Below are positions 28,714 through 39,111 of a DNA stretch of 64,000 bases, piece after piece (position 1 is the stretch's first letter; each line of letters starts with the position of its first letter). Both the position numbers and the translations under genes were made by a program. The stretch is taken from positions 1 to 64,000 of IMG/VR virus record IMGVR_UViG_3300027972_000007. One strand, given 5' to 3'. The stretch comes from a virus. The notes below the pieces were generated by a model. It saw only the letters and a list, made by a program, of their open reading frames with translations. It did not search any database and was not told the DNA's origin.

Positions 28714-30096
28714 ATGACAGCAACAATAGATGATCTAAAAAAAGGTTTAGACGATATTAAAAAAGAAGCTAGAAAACAAAGAGAGTTTTTTAGAGATGAA
28801 AGAGGTCGTTTTACAAAGAAAAAAGACCCAATTGAAATAGTTGCCGATAAAGTAGATAAAACTAACGAAATTTTAAAAGGTATTAAAGAGATTGGTCAAC
28901 CCAAAAAAGAAACAGAAAAAAGTCTTTTAACAAAAGTTTTATCTGCATTAAAAAATCCTTATGTTTTGACTGCTATTGGCGGAGTTGCTGCTATTGTTGC
29001 TGCTTCTACATTTTTAAAAAAACCTTTAAATGATTTTAAAAATAAAATTGGTGACGCAGTTAAAAAACCATTTCAGACTTTAAAAGATACTATAAAAGAT
29101 TTTTTAACAGATAAAGAAGAAAAGGAATATACTCCTAAAAGTTATAGAAAAATAAAAGAACATAAATTAGACGAGTATGAAGATATTATTAAAGATGCAA
29201 GTAAAACATTTAAAATATCTGAAGATTTAATAAAAGCAGTAATTTGGCAAGAATCCCACGGTAAAAAGAATGCAGTTTCTCCGATGGGCGCTAAAGGTTT
29301 GATGCAATTAATGCCAGGCACTGCTAAAGATATGGGTGTAACTGATGTTTATGATCCAAAACAAAATATTTTTGGAGGAACAAAATATCTTAAACAATTA
29401 TCTGATCAATTTGGCGGGAATATAAAGGAAATTTTAGCAGGATATAATTGGGGGCCTGATAATGTTGAGAAAAAAGGTTTAATGAGTTTGCCAATGGAAA
29501 CAGCTGATTATATTATTTCTATTAGTAAAAATTTAAAAATATTGGAAGGTGTAACAGATGATATTAATAAAACAATAGATCCTAAAAATCCAAATTCATT
29601 TGTTAATAATTTAAAAAATATATGGGATAAGACTAATTATTTTACTAATAAATTAGATAAACTTATGTCTTTTGAACATGAGCAACAAGATATTCAAAAT
29701 ATGCAGGAAAAACAAGATAGAAAGATTAAAGATTTTGAAGATTATTTAAAACAAGTTATTGAAAAAAAGAAAATAGATAAAACAGAAAAAATTAGAACTG
29801 GTCAATATTCTTTCGGCGATATTTTAAAAAAATCAATAATGCCAGTAGGCGAAGAGGATACAAGTTTTTTTAATCATTTTGTAAAAAAAGTAGTAGAAAC
29901 GTCATCTTTAAGGAATAAACCAATAAATATACCTGATATAGATGAGAAAAAAAATAATGATCTTATTGAAATATTAAATGAAACAAATAAAATTCTTAAA
30001 AAATTGCCTGAAGATATGAGAAAAGAAAACGAAAAAATAAAATCGAATATGTTGAAGCCTAATTTATCAATAACTGACACGGCGTATGGGGGATAA
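28714..30096 (+). CDS. Tail-associated lytic transglycosylase (tape-measure/hub-like)
   Basis: SLT motifs QES, S..GA.GLMQLMP.TA and AGYN.GP. Confidence 0.85.
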   Translation: MTATIDDLKKGLDDIKKEARKQREFFRDERGRFTKKKDPIEIVADKVDKTNEILKGIKEIGQPKKETEKSLLTKVLSALKNPYVLTAIGGVAAIVAASTFLKKPLNDFKNKIGDAVKKPFQTLKDTIKDFLTDKEEKEYTPKSYRKIKEHKLDEYEDIIKDASKTFKISEDLIKAVIWQESHGKKNAVSPMGAKGLMQLMPGTAKDMGVTDVYDPKQNIFGGTKYLKQLSDQFGGNIKEILAGYNWGPDNVEKKGLMSLPMETADYIISISKNLKILEGVTDDINKTIDPKNPNSFVNNLKNIWDKTNYFTNKLDKLMSFEHEQQDIQNMQEKQDRKIKDFEDYLKQVIEKKKIDKTEKIRTGQYSFGDILKKSIMPVGEEDTSFFNHFVKKVVETSSLRNKPINIPDIDEKKNNDLIEILNETNKILKKLPEDMRKENEKIKSNMLKPNLSITDTAYGG

Positions 30097-30098
30097 AA

Positions 30099-31058
30099 AT
30101 GGCTAATTTTGGACAAACATTAATGAGTTCTTTGGATAAAAGTCTTTTTACTAAATCATCTTATAGTCAAGCTGTTAGAAAAGATGATGGTTTATATAGA
30201 ATAGAAATAATACCTATTTTAAATTCCTCCAGAACAGAAATTCCTATTATTGGTGTTATTCAAGAACCAATTTCTATAAGCATGGACCCCGAATGGGATG
30301 TATTAAATTTAGCCAGTATAGTTAGTAATTTTCCAAAAATTGAAAGTTTATTTAATATGGCAGTGGCTCCAATGGCAGCGGCAGGAGTTAGTTTAACTAA
30401 TGCGGGTTTGAGTACTGAAAAATTCTTTGTTAAAGGAAGTTACATTAAAATTGATGTAAATTTTAAAGTAGTTAATTGGGATGACGATGGACAACCATTA
30501 AGAGCATCGACATTATTATTAAATTTATGCACGCCACAAAAATCGAGATATTCAATAGAATATGGTGAAGTTGTTGATAATTTATTAGAAGTATTAAATA
30601 ATATGAATGCTGATGAAATAGAAGTTTTAAAAAATTTGGGTGTATTAGGTGATATTGTTGCTAATTTATCAAAATTTCTTGGGGGAGTTATAACTACATC
30701 AGAAAAAGTAGTTGGTGCTTTAAAAGGAAAGTTGCCTGCAGATCTTAGAGGATCTGTCGATGAAGGGTTAAAAAGAATTTCTGTAGGTGAATTTATGCTT
30801 ACCAATTCTCCTCCCGCAGTACAGGTAAAAATAGGTAATTATTTTGATCATCCTGAAATGATAATTGAAAATATTTCCTGTGATTTATCAAAACAAATGA
30901 CAAAAACGGGCCCTATGTTTGCTAATTTTAAAGTTTCTTTTTCTTCTAAATCTATGCCTTTAATAGCAGGTAAAGATAAATACAGTACGGGTTTAACACT
31001 TAAGAAAAAAAGAGTAGAAATTCAAGGAAAAGAATTAAATACAACAGGAGTTAGATAA
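30099..31058 (+). CDS. Baseplate/tail tube initiator-like protein
   Basis: SPP.V.V.IG motif; position in the baseplate cluster. Confidence 0.5.
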   Translation: MANFGQTLMSSLDKSLFTKSSYSQAVRKDDGLYRIEIIPILNSSRTEIPIIGVIQEPISISMDPEWDVLNLASIVSNFPKIESLFNMAVAPMAAAGVSLTNAGLSTEKFFVKGSYIKIDVNFKVVNWDDDGQPLRASTLLLNLCTPQKSRYSIEYGEVVDNLLEVLNNMNADEIEVLKNLGVLGDIVANLSKFLGGVITTSEKVVGALKGKLPADLRGSVDEGLKRISVGEFMLTNSPPAVQVKIGNYFDHPEMIIENISCDLSKQMTKTGPMFANFKVSFSSKSMPLIAGKDKYSTGLTLKKKRVEIQGKELNTTGVR

Positions 31059-31369
31059 TGAGCAAATTTAACCGAGTAAAATTTTATAATCAAAATAATA
31101 TCAATGGCAATGATGAGTGCGATTTTTTACTGTCTGATATTAGTGATTTTGAAATAAAAAGACCAACTACTTTTTATACAATAAGAGAAGAAGATATTCA
31201 GAGACCTGATTTATTGTCATATAAAATATATAATAATCAAGATTATTGGTATCTATTAATGTACGTAAATAATATTCATGATGTTTGGAACGATTTAACT
31301 GTTGGATTAATTATAAAAGTTCCTAATGTTCGTGATATAACTGAATGGTATCTAAATACAAAGAAATAA
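31058..31369 (+). CDS. gp53: Baseplate wedge protein gp53-like (LysM-like)
   Basis: RPDLLSYKIY....YW.L...NNI. Confidence 0.8.
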   Translation: MSKFNRVKFYNQNNINGNDECDFLLSDISDFEIKRPTTFYTIREEDIQRPDLLSYKIYNNQDYWYLLMYVNNIHDVWNDLTVGLIIKVPNVRDITEWYLNTKK

Positions 31370-31373
31370 TAGG

Positions 31374-31435
31374 CTAGAATTGAGGATAATTTTCAACGTA
31401 CTTTGATATTACTTTTCGTTTATCTTCAATTGTAG
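31374..31435. repeat. 62-bp palindromic element, copy 3
   Basis: Very similar to copy 1, with similarity extending about 30 bp further right. Confidence 0.85.
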
Positions 31436-31483
31436 GGTGTATTTAAACGTTTAAATAGGGTATATTTTAGCAAAGAAATAACA

Positions 31484-32683
31484 ATGAGTAGTAACAGACT
31501 GCAGAACGATATAGACACATCTTTTAATCAGCTATTTTTATGCGAAATGAAGATAGATGATATAGAAATAATACCTGAAAATATTATTACTATAACAATT
31601 AGGGAATGGGTATTAGATGTTGTTCCAAGATTATATTGTATTCTAAATGATGATGGAATGCTTTCCGAAGTTTTTAATATTAATGATAATGCTAAAATTA
31701 CATTAATGTTAGGCAAACACCCTAATGATGAAAATCCAATTAGAACTGAGTTTTTATTACAAGATTTTAAATTTAATTTAGTTGGAGACAATCAAAATTC
31801 AATAGTTTCATTTACTGGTTTATTATATTCGAAAGAATTATATTTTCCAATTAGAACAAGGTGTTTTAAGAATAAAAATTCTTTAAATGTTTTAGATTCT
31901 ATTGCAAGTGAATGTGGATTGAAATTTGAAATTCCTCTCGGATTTAAAACTAATGATAACATGAATTGGTTACAAATTAATCAACCTAATTTTTTATTTT
32001 TAAAACATATAAAAAATAGGGCATATAAAGAAAATGATGGAATTTTAATATATACTGATATTTATAAGAATTTAAAAGCAACCAGTATAAAATACGAATG
32101 TGAAAAAGCTCAAGAAAAAACAGCAATATATGATCAAGAAAATTATACTAAATTTGATTTTGATAATATTGATGATGCAAAAACTATTTGGTATAACTAT
32201 TATGACCATATCAATCTCAATGGTACAAAAAATAAAATAAATAATTATGGAATAAGATACAATTATTGGGATATAACTAATGGTAATATAGAAAAGAATA
32301 TAAATAATAATGAGAGTATATTAGCACAGAGAACGTTTAAAGAAGATAATTATTTAGTTGATAGTACATATAATGGTATTGAAAATAATGTTCACAAGTT
32401 TTATTCAAAAGCTATTTCACAGAATAAATTCTATATAGATAATTTCTTTTCGTATGTTATGACTCTTAATATTAATAGTTTGAGTAATGTAAAATTATTT
32501 GATAAAATAAATCTGATTGTACCATCAATGCCAACGTATGGAAGTATTCATGCAGTTAATGATATAATGAGTGGAAAATATTTAACCGCAGGCATAATAT
32601 ATGGAGCAGGAAAAAGTAAAGTTTTTAGAAAACAAATAGTTCTTTCAAGGGATGGAAATAATAATTCCAATTTTCAATTATGA
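31484..32683 (+). CDS. Baseplate hub protein, gp27-like
   Basis: D.M.W.Q and SGKYL motifs; precedes gp5. Confidence 0.6.
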   Translation: MSSNRLQNDIDTSFNQLFLCEMKIDDIEIIPENIITITIREWVLDVVPRLYCILNDDGMLSEVFNINDNAKITLMLGKHPNDENPIRTEFLLQDFKFNLVGDNQNSIVSFTGLLYSKELYFPIRTRCFKNKNSLNVLDSIASECGLKFEIPLGFKTNDNMNWLQINQPNFLFLKHIKNRAYKENDGILIYTDIYKNLKATSIKYECEKAQEKTAIYDQENYTKFDFDNIDDAKTIWYNYYDHINLNGTKNKINNYGIRYNYWDITNGNIEKNINNNESILAQRTFKEDNYLVDSTYNGIENNVHKFYSKAISQNKFYIDNFFSYVMTLNINSLSNVKLFDKINLIVPSMPTYGSIHAVNDIMSGKYLTAGIIYGAGKSKVFRKQIVLSRDGNNNSNFQL

Positions 32684-33414
32684 GCGAAAATATAAGGCAA
32701 GAATATAATAAAGATTTAGTGAATATTTTGCAAACTTTTTTTGATCAAAAAGCAGACGAAGTTTATGGGAATTATTATGCCGGTATCGTGAAAAATAATA
32801 ACGATCCCAAAAAGTTGGGACGTTGTCAAATTCGAGTTTATGGTATTTATGGCAAAGAAATTATAGATAATGATTTACCTTGGGCATTGCCTGATTTTAA
32901 TTTTGTGGGTAGTTTGAAGGGTTCGTTTATAGTTCCACCAAATGAATGCATAGTAAATGTGCGTTTTGATCAAGGAGATGTATATAGGCCAATATATACC
33001 TCGAAAATTATCAAAAAAAATAGTTTACCTGACGATAAAAATACTGATTATCCGAATATGATGGTTTTTTTTCAAACAGATGAGGGCGATAAATTTATTC
33101 TCAATAGAAAAACAGGGCAAACTATTTATGAACAACGAGCAGGAATAAAAATTACAATGGAAAGTAATGGTAGTTTTAAATTAGAACATCAAACAGGCCC
33201 AATATTTGAAATTGATGTTTCAGGTAATGTAAAATTATTTTCAGGAGAAAAAAATCCATTATCAACAATAACAATAGAACCAGGAGCAGCGGGGCGGATT
33301 AATATTGGCAAAAATGCTATACGGCCTTGTCCTGACGCTTTAACTTGTTATATAACTGGTGCGCCATTAGCAACAAATACATTAATACCAGGAATGAAAA
33401 TAAACATACCGTAA
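32680..33414 (+). CDS. gp5: Baseplate spike gp5/VgrG-like OB-fold protein, no lysozyme domain
   Basis: G.V..NNDP..LGR..IRV, LPWA and F..GD...P motifs. Confidence 0.85.
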   Translation: MSENIRQEYNKDLVNILQTFFDQKADEVYGNYYAGIVKNNNDPKKLGRCQIRVYGIYGKEIIDNDLPWALPDFNFVGSLKGSFIVPPNECIVNVRFDQGDVYRPIYTSKIIKKNSLPDDKNTDYPNMMVFFQTDEGDKFILNRKTGQTIYEQRAGIKITMESNGSFKLEHQTGPIFEIDVSGNVKLFSGEKNPLSTITIEPGAAGRINIGKNAIRPCPDALTCYITGAPLATNTLIPGMKINIP

Positions 33415-33423
33415 GAGAAAATT

Positions 33424-36400
33424 ATGCTAGATATAACTACAATAAAAAACGAAACTATAGGAATACTGCAAACTTCTGCTGGAGGTTTATTTGATTTTGA
33501 AAAAATGCCAGATCATATAAAATATGATCAAGAAGACGATGGCAGAGCAAAATTAAATAGTAATAATGAAATAATAATTTTAAAACAGTATGAAGAACCA
33601 GCATTAGAATTGATTTTATCGGCTATTGATAATGGAATTATTAATGCATTTAAAACGAGTGGAACATTAGACGATTTTTCTGATGTAGAATATAATAATT
33701 TAGCTAAAAATGATTTATTAATTTATGATGGAATTGATTGGATTAATACTTCAGTAAGTGGAATTAATTTATCTGGTAATAATGTATCAAGTCATAAAAT
33801 TCCTTTAAATTATGTACCTAAAAGTGATGGTATTGGTGGATGGGCAAAAACTAATATATATGAAGATGTAAATGGATTAATTAAAATAAAATATGGTACA
33901 AGTATTAATGAATTTTCTATTGATGGCACATTAGGCGGTAATAGCGATTTAGCTCTACCGACAGAAAAAGCAGTTAAAACGTATGTTGACAGTAATGCAC
34001 CACATAAATTATTATCTACTAGACATACAGATACAACAGTAGCAGATGTTAGCAGAGGTGATATAATTACGGGTCAAGGCGTATCAGCAACATGGACAAG
34101 ATATGCTATATCTGTTCCCGGTGCAAATTTAATGAATGTTTTTGGTGTTGTTAATGGGGATGTTGAACCAGGGTATAAAGCGATATTTGATAATACAAAT
34201 CCGACAACTATAGGTATAAGTGATTCTGCATCGGCAGGAACTGCTATTATTGCTGCTCACCGGGATCATCAACATGCTTCACCGGCAACGTGGCCAGCTA
34301 CAGCGCACGACCTTTTTTCGACTATTCATGGAGACACTACAGGCGCAGCGTCTCCTGTTGACGGTGATATTATTATAGGAAACGCAACGCCGAAATGGAG
34401 TAAACTGGCAAGGAGCATCCCAGGATATGCAAGCATAATTAATGTTCCTGGAATACTATATGGAGAGTTAAGGCCAAGTTATAAAACAATATTAGATTCG
34501 GTGACAATAGCAACTGACAGACACGAACCAACAGGGTTTACCGCTGCGGGAGTTGCAGCAACTACACTATCATTTGTTGACAATACTCGCATATTTACGA
34601 TTACAGGAAATCACGAAATTTATATACAAGGAATTAAGTCAACAAAATCTACTGCATCAATTACGTTGAGTGATGTCACGGGAACACATTGGATATACTA
34701 CAATTCAGCAGGAACATTATCAGAAACGACATCAGTTCCGGGTTTCGGTGATGGAAATGTATTTATTGCGACAGTATATTACAATACGACTCCGGGCTTT
34801 GATAAAGGACTTCTGGGTGGAGAACGACATGGTATTACAATGGATTGGAAAACCCATAATTTATTGCATAATACGGTGGGTGTGTTGTATGCTGTTGATA
34901 GTACAGGGGCGCTTACAGGAGCATTCACAAACACAACATTTTCAATTGGTGCTGGTGCAATTTACGATGAAGACAATAAGATTCTCATTACAGCACAAAC
35001 TACATGTGATGTGCTGTATAAAAATGGTGCGGCTGATTTTGAATGGGATTTAAACCAGACAGCATACTATAAACTAAATGCAGGTAATTTACGGTATAAT
35101 AATGGCAATGCTTTAGCAGATGTTGGTGCAAATCAGTACATGGCAATGTGGATTTTTGCAACAAATTCTATTGTAAAGCCAATAGTTGCACTGATGGGAC
35201 AACGTACTGATGTAAATATTGCCGATGCTCGCGCAAATAATAAGTACGAAAGTTTGGCATTGGGTAATTTACCATTTCAGGAGATGAAATTACTTTACAG
35301 AGTAATATTACGAAATGCAGCACCGAACTATTATATTGAAACACAGGATTTGCGTACAATAAGTAATTTACCTGCGGGAACATTTATTGCTACTGCTCAT
35401 GGTGCGTTATCAGGTCTTGAGTGGGGAGTATCCGGTCATAATAATATTGTTTTCAACGTGAATAATAATGCGAATGGGCGTGTAGGTGTCGGAGTAATTG
35501 ACCCCTTATATTTATTTCATTTACATGCGGCAGATGGTGTATCGGATAATACGTATGTGGCATATATATCCAATGATGAATCAACCGCAGATCGTAATAA
35601 TGGTTTGTGGATTAATGCGGGTAGTAGTGCAAGCGATTATAATATTCGATGTGCTGCAAAAGGAGGTGCTGCTCTTTGGAATGTAACGGGTGCAGGTGCG
35701 GTGACGTTTAATACTTACGGGCTTGGTATTATCCACAGTTCCGCAGCGGGATTACTGACATCCAGCGCAATAGTAGCGGCGGATTTAGGTTTACTCGGTA
35801 CGGCTGGAGTACATGCTAAATTTGGCGCTTTAGGAGTGGGACTGGTTGATAGCCTGTTAAGTGAAACTGCAAGTGATGTTGTTATTGGTAGTACAAAAAG
35901 ATTTGGTTTGGGCGCTGGAAAAGGCGGCATGACATTTACCGATGCAGCGACGGATACGATTACTTTTGATGATTGCAACGTCGGCATCGGGACGGTCGCG
36001 CCTACTGAAAAATTAGTAGTTGCTGGAAATGTTGTATTAGGATATGACACGGCAGGAACATATCTGGTTGGTAAAACGTTTGCAACACCAGCATCAGCAA
36101 GTAATGTTCCGTCTTCTATGTTATATGGTCTTTATAATGGTACTACAGTAACAACCTTTGCTGGAATGTCTGTGTCTTCCGTAAGAAATCCTGGCAATAC
36201 GGCAAATGATTATACTACTCAATTTTATTATCATCAGGGCGGCATTGCTGATGGGATAGCAATGACAATAGATAAGATTGGCTACATAGGAATCGGGGCG
36301 GTGACACCGTATACGAAATTTGAAGTTTTACACGCTGACGGTACCGTGGGAACAACACCACCGATTACATCGTCAATTAATCTTACCAATTTAACCCAAG

Positions 36401-37860
36401 TTGCTAATACGTGGTCTGCAATTCTTTTTCGTTCTTACGACGGTATGGGAAACGTGCCAGTTACGGCAGCTATAGGGGCCAAATATACAGCGAGGAATGT
36501 GGGGTCCGACACATCTTTAGCCACCAGTTTGTGCTTTTTGACAGGAGATAATTTAACATATCCGCTGGCTGAACGGATGCGAATTACAGATGTAGGCAAC
36601 GTCGGCATCGGGACGACACCTGCAACTGTCGATGGTGTTGTATCAAAATTAACTATTGCAGGTTCCACGAATTTGCTTACCATCACAGGCGCTGCAACTG
36701 CCGTAAAAGATTTAACATGGTTTGACAATACCAGTGGGGAGGCATGGATCTGGTCACATCGTTTACATTCGGCAGGTAATAATTTTGAGGCGTGGTATCA
36801 CAACGGAACAAACTGGAACGCCAGTCCAAATTTAGCTTTAACACCGACCGGCAACGTCGGCATCGGGACGACGGCACCGCTTGTGGACGTGGGAGGTTCT
36901 ACTGGTGATTTTGATTCAACGAGTCTCGGTTTACATATTAAAGCAACTTCTGGGTATAATGCCAGATTAATTCTTGAGGGCGGGTCTGCAATGAGTGACG
37001 GGCTTCGAAATTCAGCTAACAGTATTATTTTCTGTAATACTTCTATTGGTGGTGACAATGAAATGTTTATAATAGGTCAAGACAACGGTTATTCTGAAAC
37101 CGGCGATTTCTATATGCGACCAATTAATGCGGACGGAAGTATAAAAAGTTATAATTACTATATGTCAGCTACATCGGCAGTTTCTCGATATACAACAAAG
37201 ACAGTTGATGCCGTTGGATATTCATTGCAAATATACCATGACAGAAACGGTAATATTTTATCAAATGCAGACGTGATCGGTTGTATAGATTTTATTGGGT
37301 ATGTTGATGCAACACCAAGTCCGGTAATAGAAACAATAGGACGAATAGAATCGCGGTGGTATTCGCCCAATGGTGGTTCGGAATCAATGAGGTTTTTGAC
37401 CAATGGCACGCTGGCTATGTACATAGAAGATCATGGAGGCGGCGTGTATGTTACGAATGAATTGGTGACAGCGGCTCATTTAGTAGCCCCAACTATATAT
37501 GTAGATCACATATCAGAAAAAACAAATACTCACGGAATCGTGTTTGACCACAATTTGTCGAGTACCAATAAAAACATATCTGCCGGAAACGTTAATCTCG
37601 ACGACGATACTGCCACGAGTTTTACGCCTGGCAGATCGCATGGAATGCTTTGTATCCACTGCCAGACCTCTTGTACTAGTGCTATAATTGCATACGATGT
37701 AGATGGTTCAGTATCAATAGCAATTACAGCGCAAAGTGGTACGACGTTTGCAGTAACTACAGGCGCACTGTCTGGAACAACTGGAGGCGATGGAACTTTT
37801 AATGTAAGTGTACATACTGACGGAAAAATATATTTTGAAAATAGAACAGGTGGGACTTGA
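33424..37860 (+). CDS. Long modular tail fibre / receptor-binding protein
   Basis: PTEKAVKTYVD motif, several GNVGIGT repeats, and a GC-richer C-terminal part. Confidence 0.8.
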   Translation: MLDITTIKNETIGILQTSAGGLFDFEKMPDHIKYDQEDDGRAKLNSNNEIIILKQYEEPALELILSAIDNGIINAFKTSGTLDDFSDVEYNNLAKNDLLIYDGIDWINTSVSGINLSGNNVSSHKIPLNYVPKSDGIGGWAKTNIYEDVNGLIKIKYGTSINEFSIDGTLGGNSDLALPTEKAVKTYVDSNAPHKLLSTRHTDTTVADVSRGDIITGQGVSATWTRYAISVPGANLMNVFGVVNGDVEPGYKAIFDNTNPTTIGISDSASAGTAIIAAHRDHQHASPATWPATAHDLFSTIHGDTTGAASPVDGDIIIGNATPKWSKLARSIPGYASIINVPGILYGELRPSYKTILDSVTIATDRHEPTGFTAAGVAATTLSFVDNTRIFTITGNHEIYIQGIKSTKSTASITLSDVTGTHWIYYNSAGTLSETTSVPGFGDGNVFIATVYYNTTPGFDKGLLGGERHGITMDWKTHNLLHNTVGVLYAVDSTGALTGAFTNTTFSIGAGAIYDEDNKILITAQTTCDVLYKNGAADFEWDLNQTAYYKLNAGNLRYNNGNALADVGANQYMAMWIFATNSIVKPIVALMGQRTDVNIADARANNKYESLALGNLPFQEMKLLYRVILRNAAPNYYIETQDLRTISNLPAGTFIATAHGALSGLEWGVSGHNNIVFNVNNNANGRVGVGVIDPLYLFHLHAADGVSDNTYVAYISNDESTADRNNGLWINAGSSASDYNIRCAAKGGAALWNVTGAGAVTFNTYGLGIIHSSAAGLLTSSAIVAADLGLLGTAGVHAKFGALGVGLVDSLLSETASDVVIGSTKRFGLGAGKGGMTFTDAATDTITFDDCNVGIGTVAPTEKLVVAGNVVLGYDTAGTYLVGKTFATPASASNVPSSMLYGLYNGTTVTTFAGMSVSSVRNPGNTANDYTTQFYYHQGGIADGIAMTIDKIGYIGIGAVTPYTKFEVLHADGTVGTTPPITSSINLTNLTQVANTWSAILFRSYDGMGNVPVTAAIGAKYTARNVGSDTSLATSLCFLTGDNLTYPLAERMRITDVGNVGIGTTPATVDGVVSKLTIAGSTNLLTITGAATAVKDLTWFDNTSGEAWIWSHRLHSAGNNFEAWYHNGTNWNASPNLALTPTGNVGIGTTAPLVDVGGSTGDFDSTSLGLHIKATSGYNARLILEGGSAMSDGLRNSANSIIFCNTSIGGDNEMFIIGQDNGYSETGDFYMRPINADGSIKSYNYYMSATSAVSRYTTKTVDAVGYSLQIYHDRNGNILSNADVIGCIDFIGYVDATPSPVIETIGRIESRWYSPNGGSESMRFLTNGTLAMYIEDHGGGVYVTNELVTAAHLVAPTIYVDHISEKTNTHGIVFDHNLSSTNKNISAGNVNLDDDTATSFTPGRSHGMLCIHCQTSCTSAIIAYDVDGSVSIAITAQSGTTFAVTTGALSGTTGGDGTFNVSVHTDGKIYFENRTGGT

Positions 37861-37910
37861 CCGATGGGTTATACACTACTCGGTGAGTAGAAAACAAAAA
37901 GGAGAAAACA

Positions 37911-38162
37911 ATGGCAGATTTTGATTATGTAGAAATAGCCAAAAAGGAACACATGGTAGGAATTGATGAATCAATAACTCGTATTTATGAAGCAATAGAA
38001 AGATTACAAGTTAAATTAGATAAAGAATTAGTAGAAAAAGAAATGATTGAAAAAATAAAAAACGAAGATTATGAAGTGTTTTATAAAGATAAAATATTAA
38101 AGATTAAGGCAAGACTCGGTATAAAAACTATAGAAGAAAAACCAATAACTAAAGAAAAATAA
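37911..38162 (+). CDS. Small hypothetical protein (fibre chaperone?)
   Basis: AGGAG SD; follows the fibre gene. Confidence 0.55.
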   Translation: MADFDYVEIAKKEHMVGIDESITRIYEAIERLQVKLDKELVEKEMIEKIKNEDYEVFYKDKILKIKARLGIKTIEEKPITKEK

Positions 38163-38225
38163 CAAATTCGGCGAAAATTAAGTTTTATAAATAATTAAAA
38201 TAATAATCATTTAAAAGGAGTTGTT

Positions 38226-38708
38226 ATGAAATTAGATGTTGAAGGGTTGTTAAATCTGCATAGTGCTGTTAATATGTGTGAAGAATTAAAAAAATTAAAG
38301 TCCGCAGGAACGTGGAAATTCGGTTTTTTATTAGTTGAAATTATGAAATTGATTAAAGGAAAATCGGCCGAATATAAAGAAAAAATCGATATAATGAATG
38401 AAGATATTACTAATTTAAGATTAAAATATTGCACAAAAGATTCAGAAAATAAACCTATAATTATTAAATCTATTGACCGAAATGGTAATCAAATAGAAAT
38501 GTATACAGGATTAGTAAGAGGTCAACAACCAGAATTTGATAAATTAACAGATGAAATAAAAAATAAATCAAAAGAATTATTGAAAGAAAAAGTTGAAATA
38601 GAATTAGAAAAAATACCTAAAATAAAAGAAGATGATATTCATCTTGAAATATCAGAGTATGCTTTTATACAATTAGGATTATATGATCTCATAGAAAGAA
38701 ATAAATAA
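38226..38708 (+). CDS. Hypothetical late protein
   Basis: Follows a late promoter. Confidence 0.6.
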   Translation: MKLDVEGLLNLHSAVNMCEELKKLKSAGTWKFGFLLVEIMKLIKGKSAEYKEKIDIMNEDITNLRLKYCTKDSENKPIIIKSIDRNGNQIEMYTGLVRGQQPEFDKLTDEIKNKSKELLKEKVEIELEKIPKIKEDDIHLEISEYAFIQLGLYDLIERNK

Positions 38709-38719
38709 AGAAGAATAAA

Positions 38720-39100
38720 ATGATTCTCTCAACTAGAGATAATTGGGCTTATGATATAGCTAAAAATATCAATACTAAAGGCGAAGTATGGGATGACGTT
38801 GCAATTAAGCAAAGTATTGAAACTATATTAACCACTTCTTATGGTGAAAGAGTATTTAATCCTTTTTTTGGTTCTCCTTTATATTCTTTTATTTCAGAAA
38901 CAATAAGTCAGCAAACAGCAGAAAGATTATTAGATTCTATTATTAAAGCTATAAAGAGATGGGAAGATAGAATTACTATATTAGAAAATAGTGTAAAAAT
39001 GATAATAAGTTATGATTCACATGCAATTACATTGAAAATACCATATATAATAAAAAAATTAAATATTGTGAGCTCATACGATAAGAAGATTATTTTTTAA
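38720..39100 (+). CDS. gp25: Baseplate wedge gp25-like protein
   Basis: AIKQSI..IL.T..GER.FNP.FG and WE.RI motifs. Confidence 0.9.
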   Translation: MILSTRDNWAYDIAKNINTKGEVWDDVAIKQSIETILTTSYGERVFNPFFGSPLYSFISETISQQTAERLLDSIIKAIKRWEDRITILENSVKMIISYDSHAITLKIPYIIKKLNIVSSYDKKIIF

Positions 39101-39111
39101 AAGGATAGAAA

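Noticed and set aside
34670-37424. Short alternative-frame and antisense ORFs within the tail fibre
   Set aside because: These are expected in GC-richer coding DNA and have no SD or motif support.
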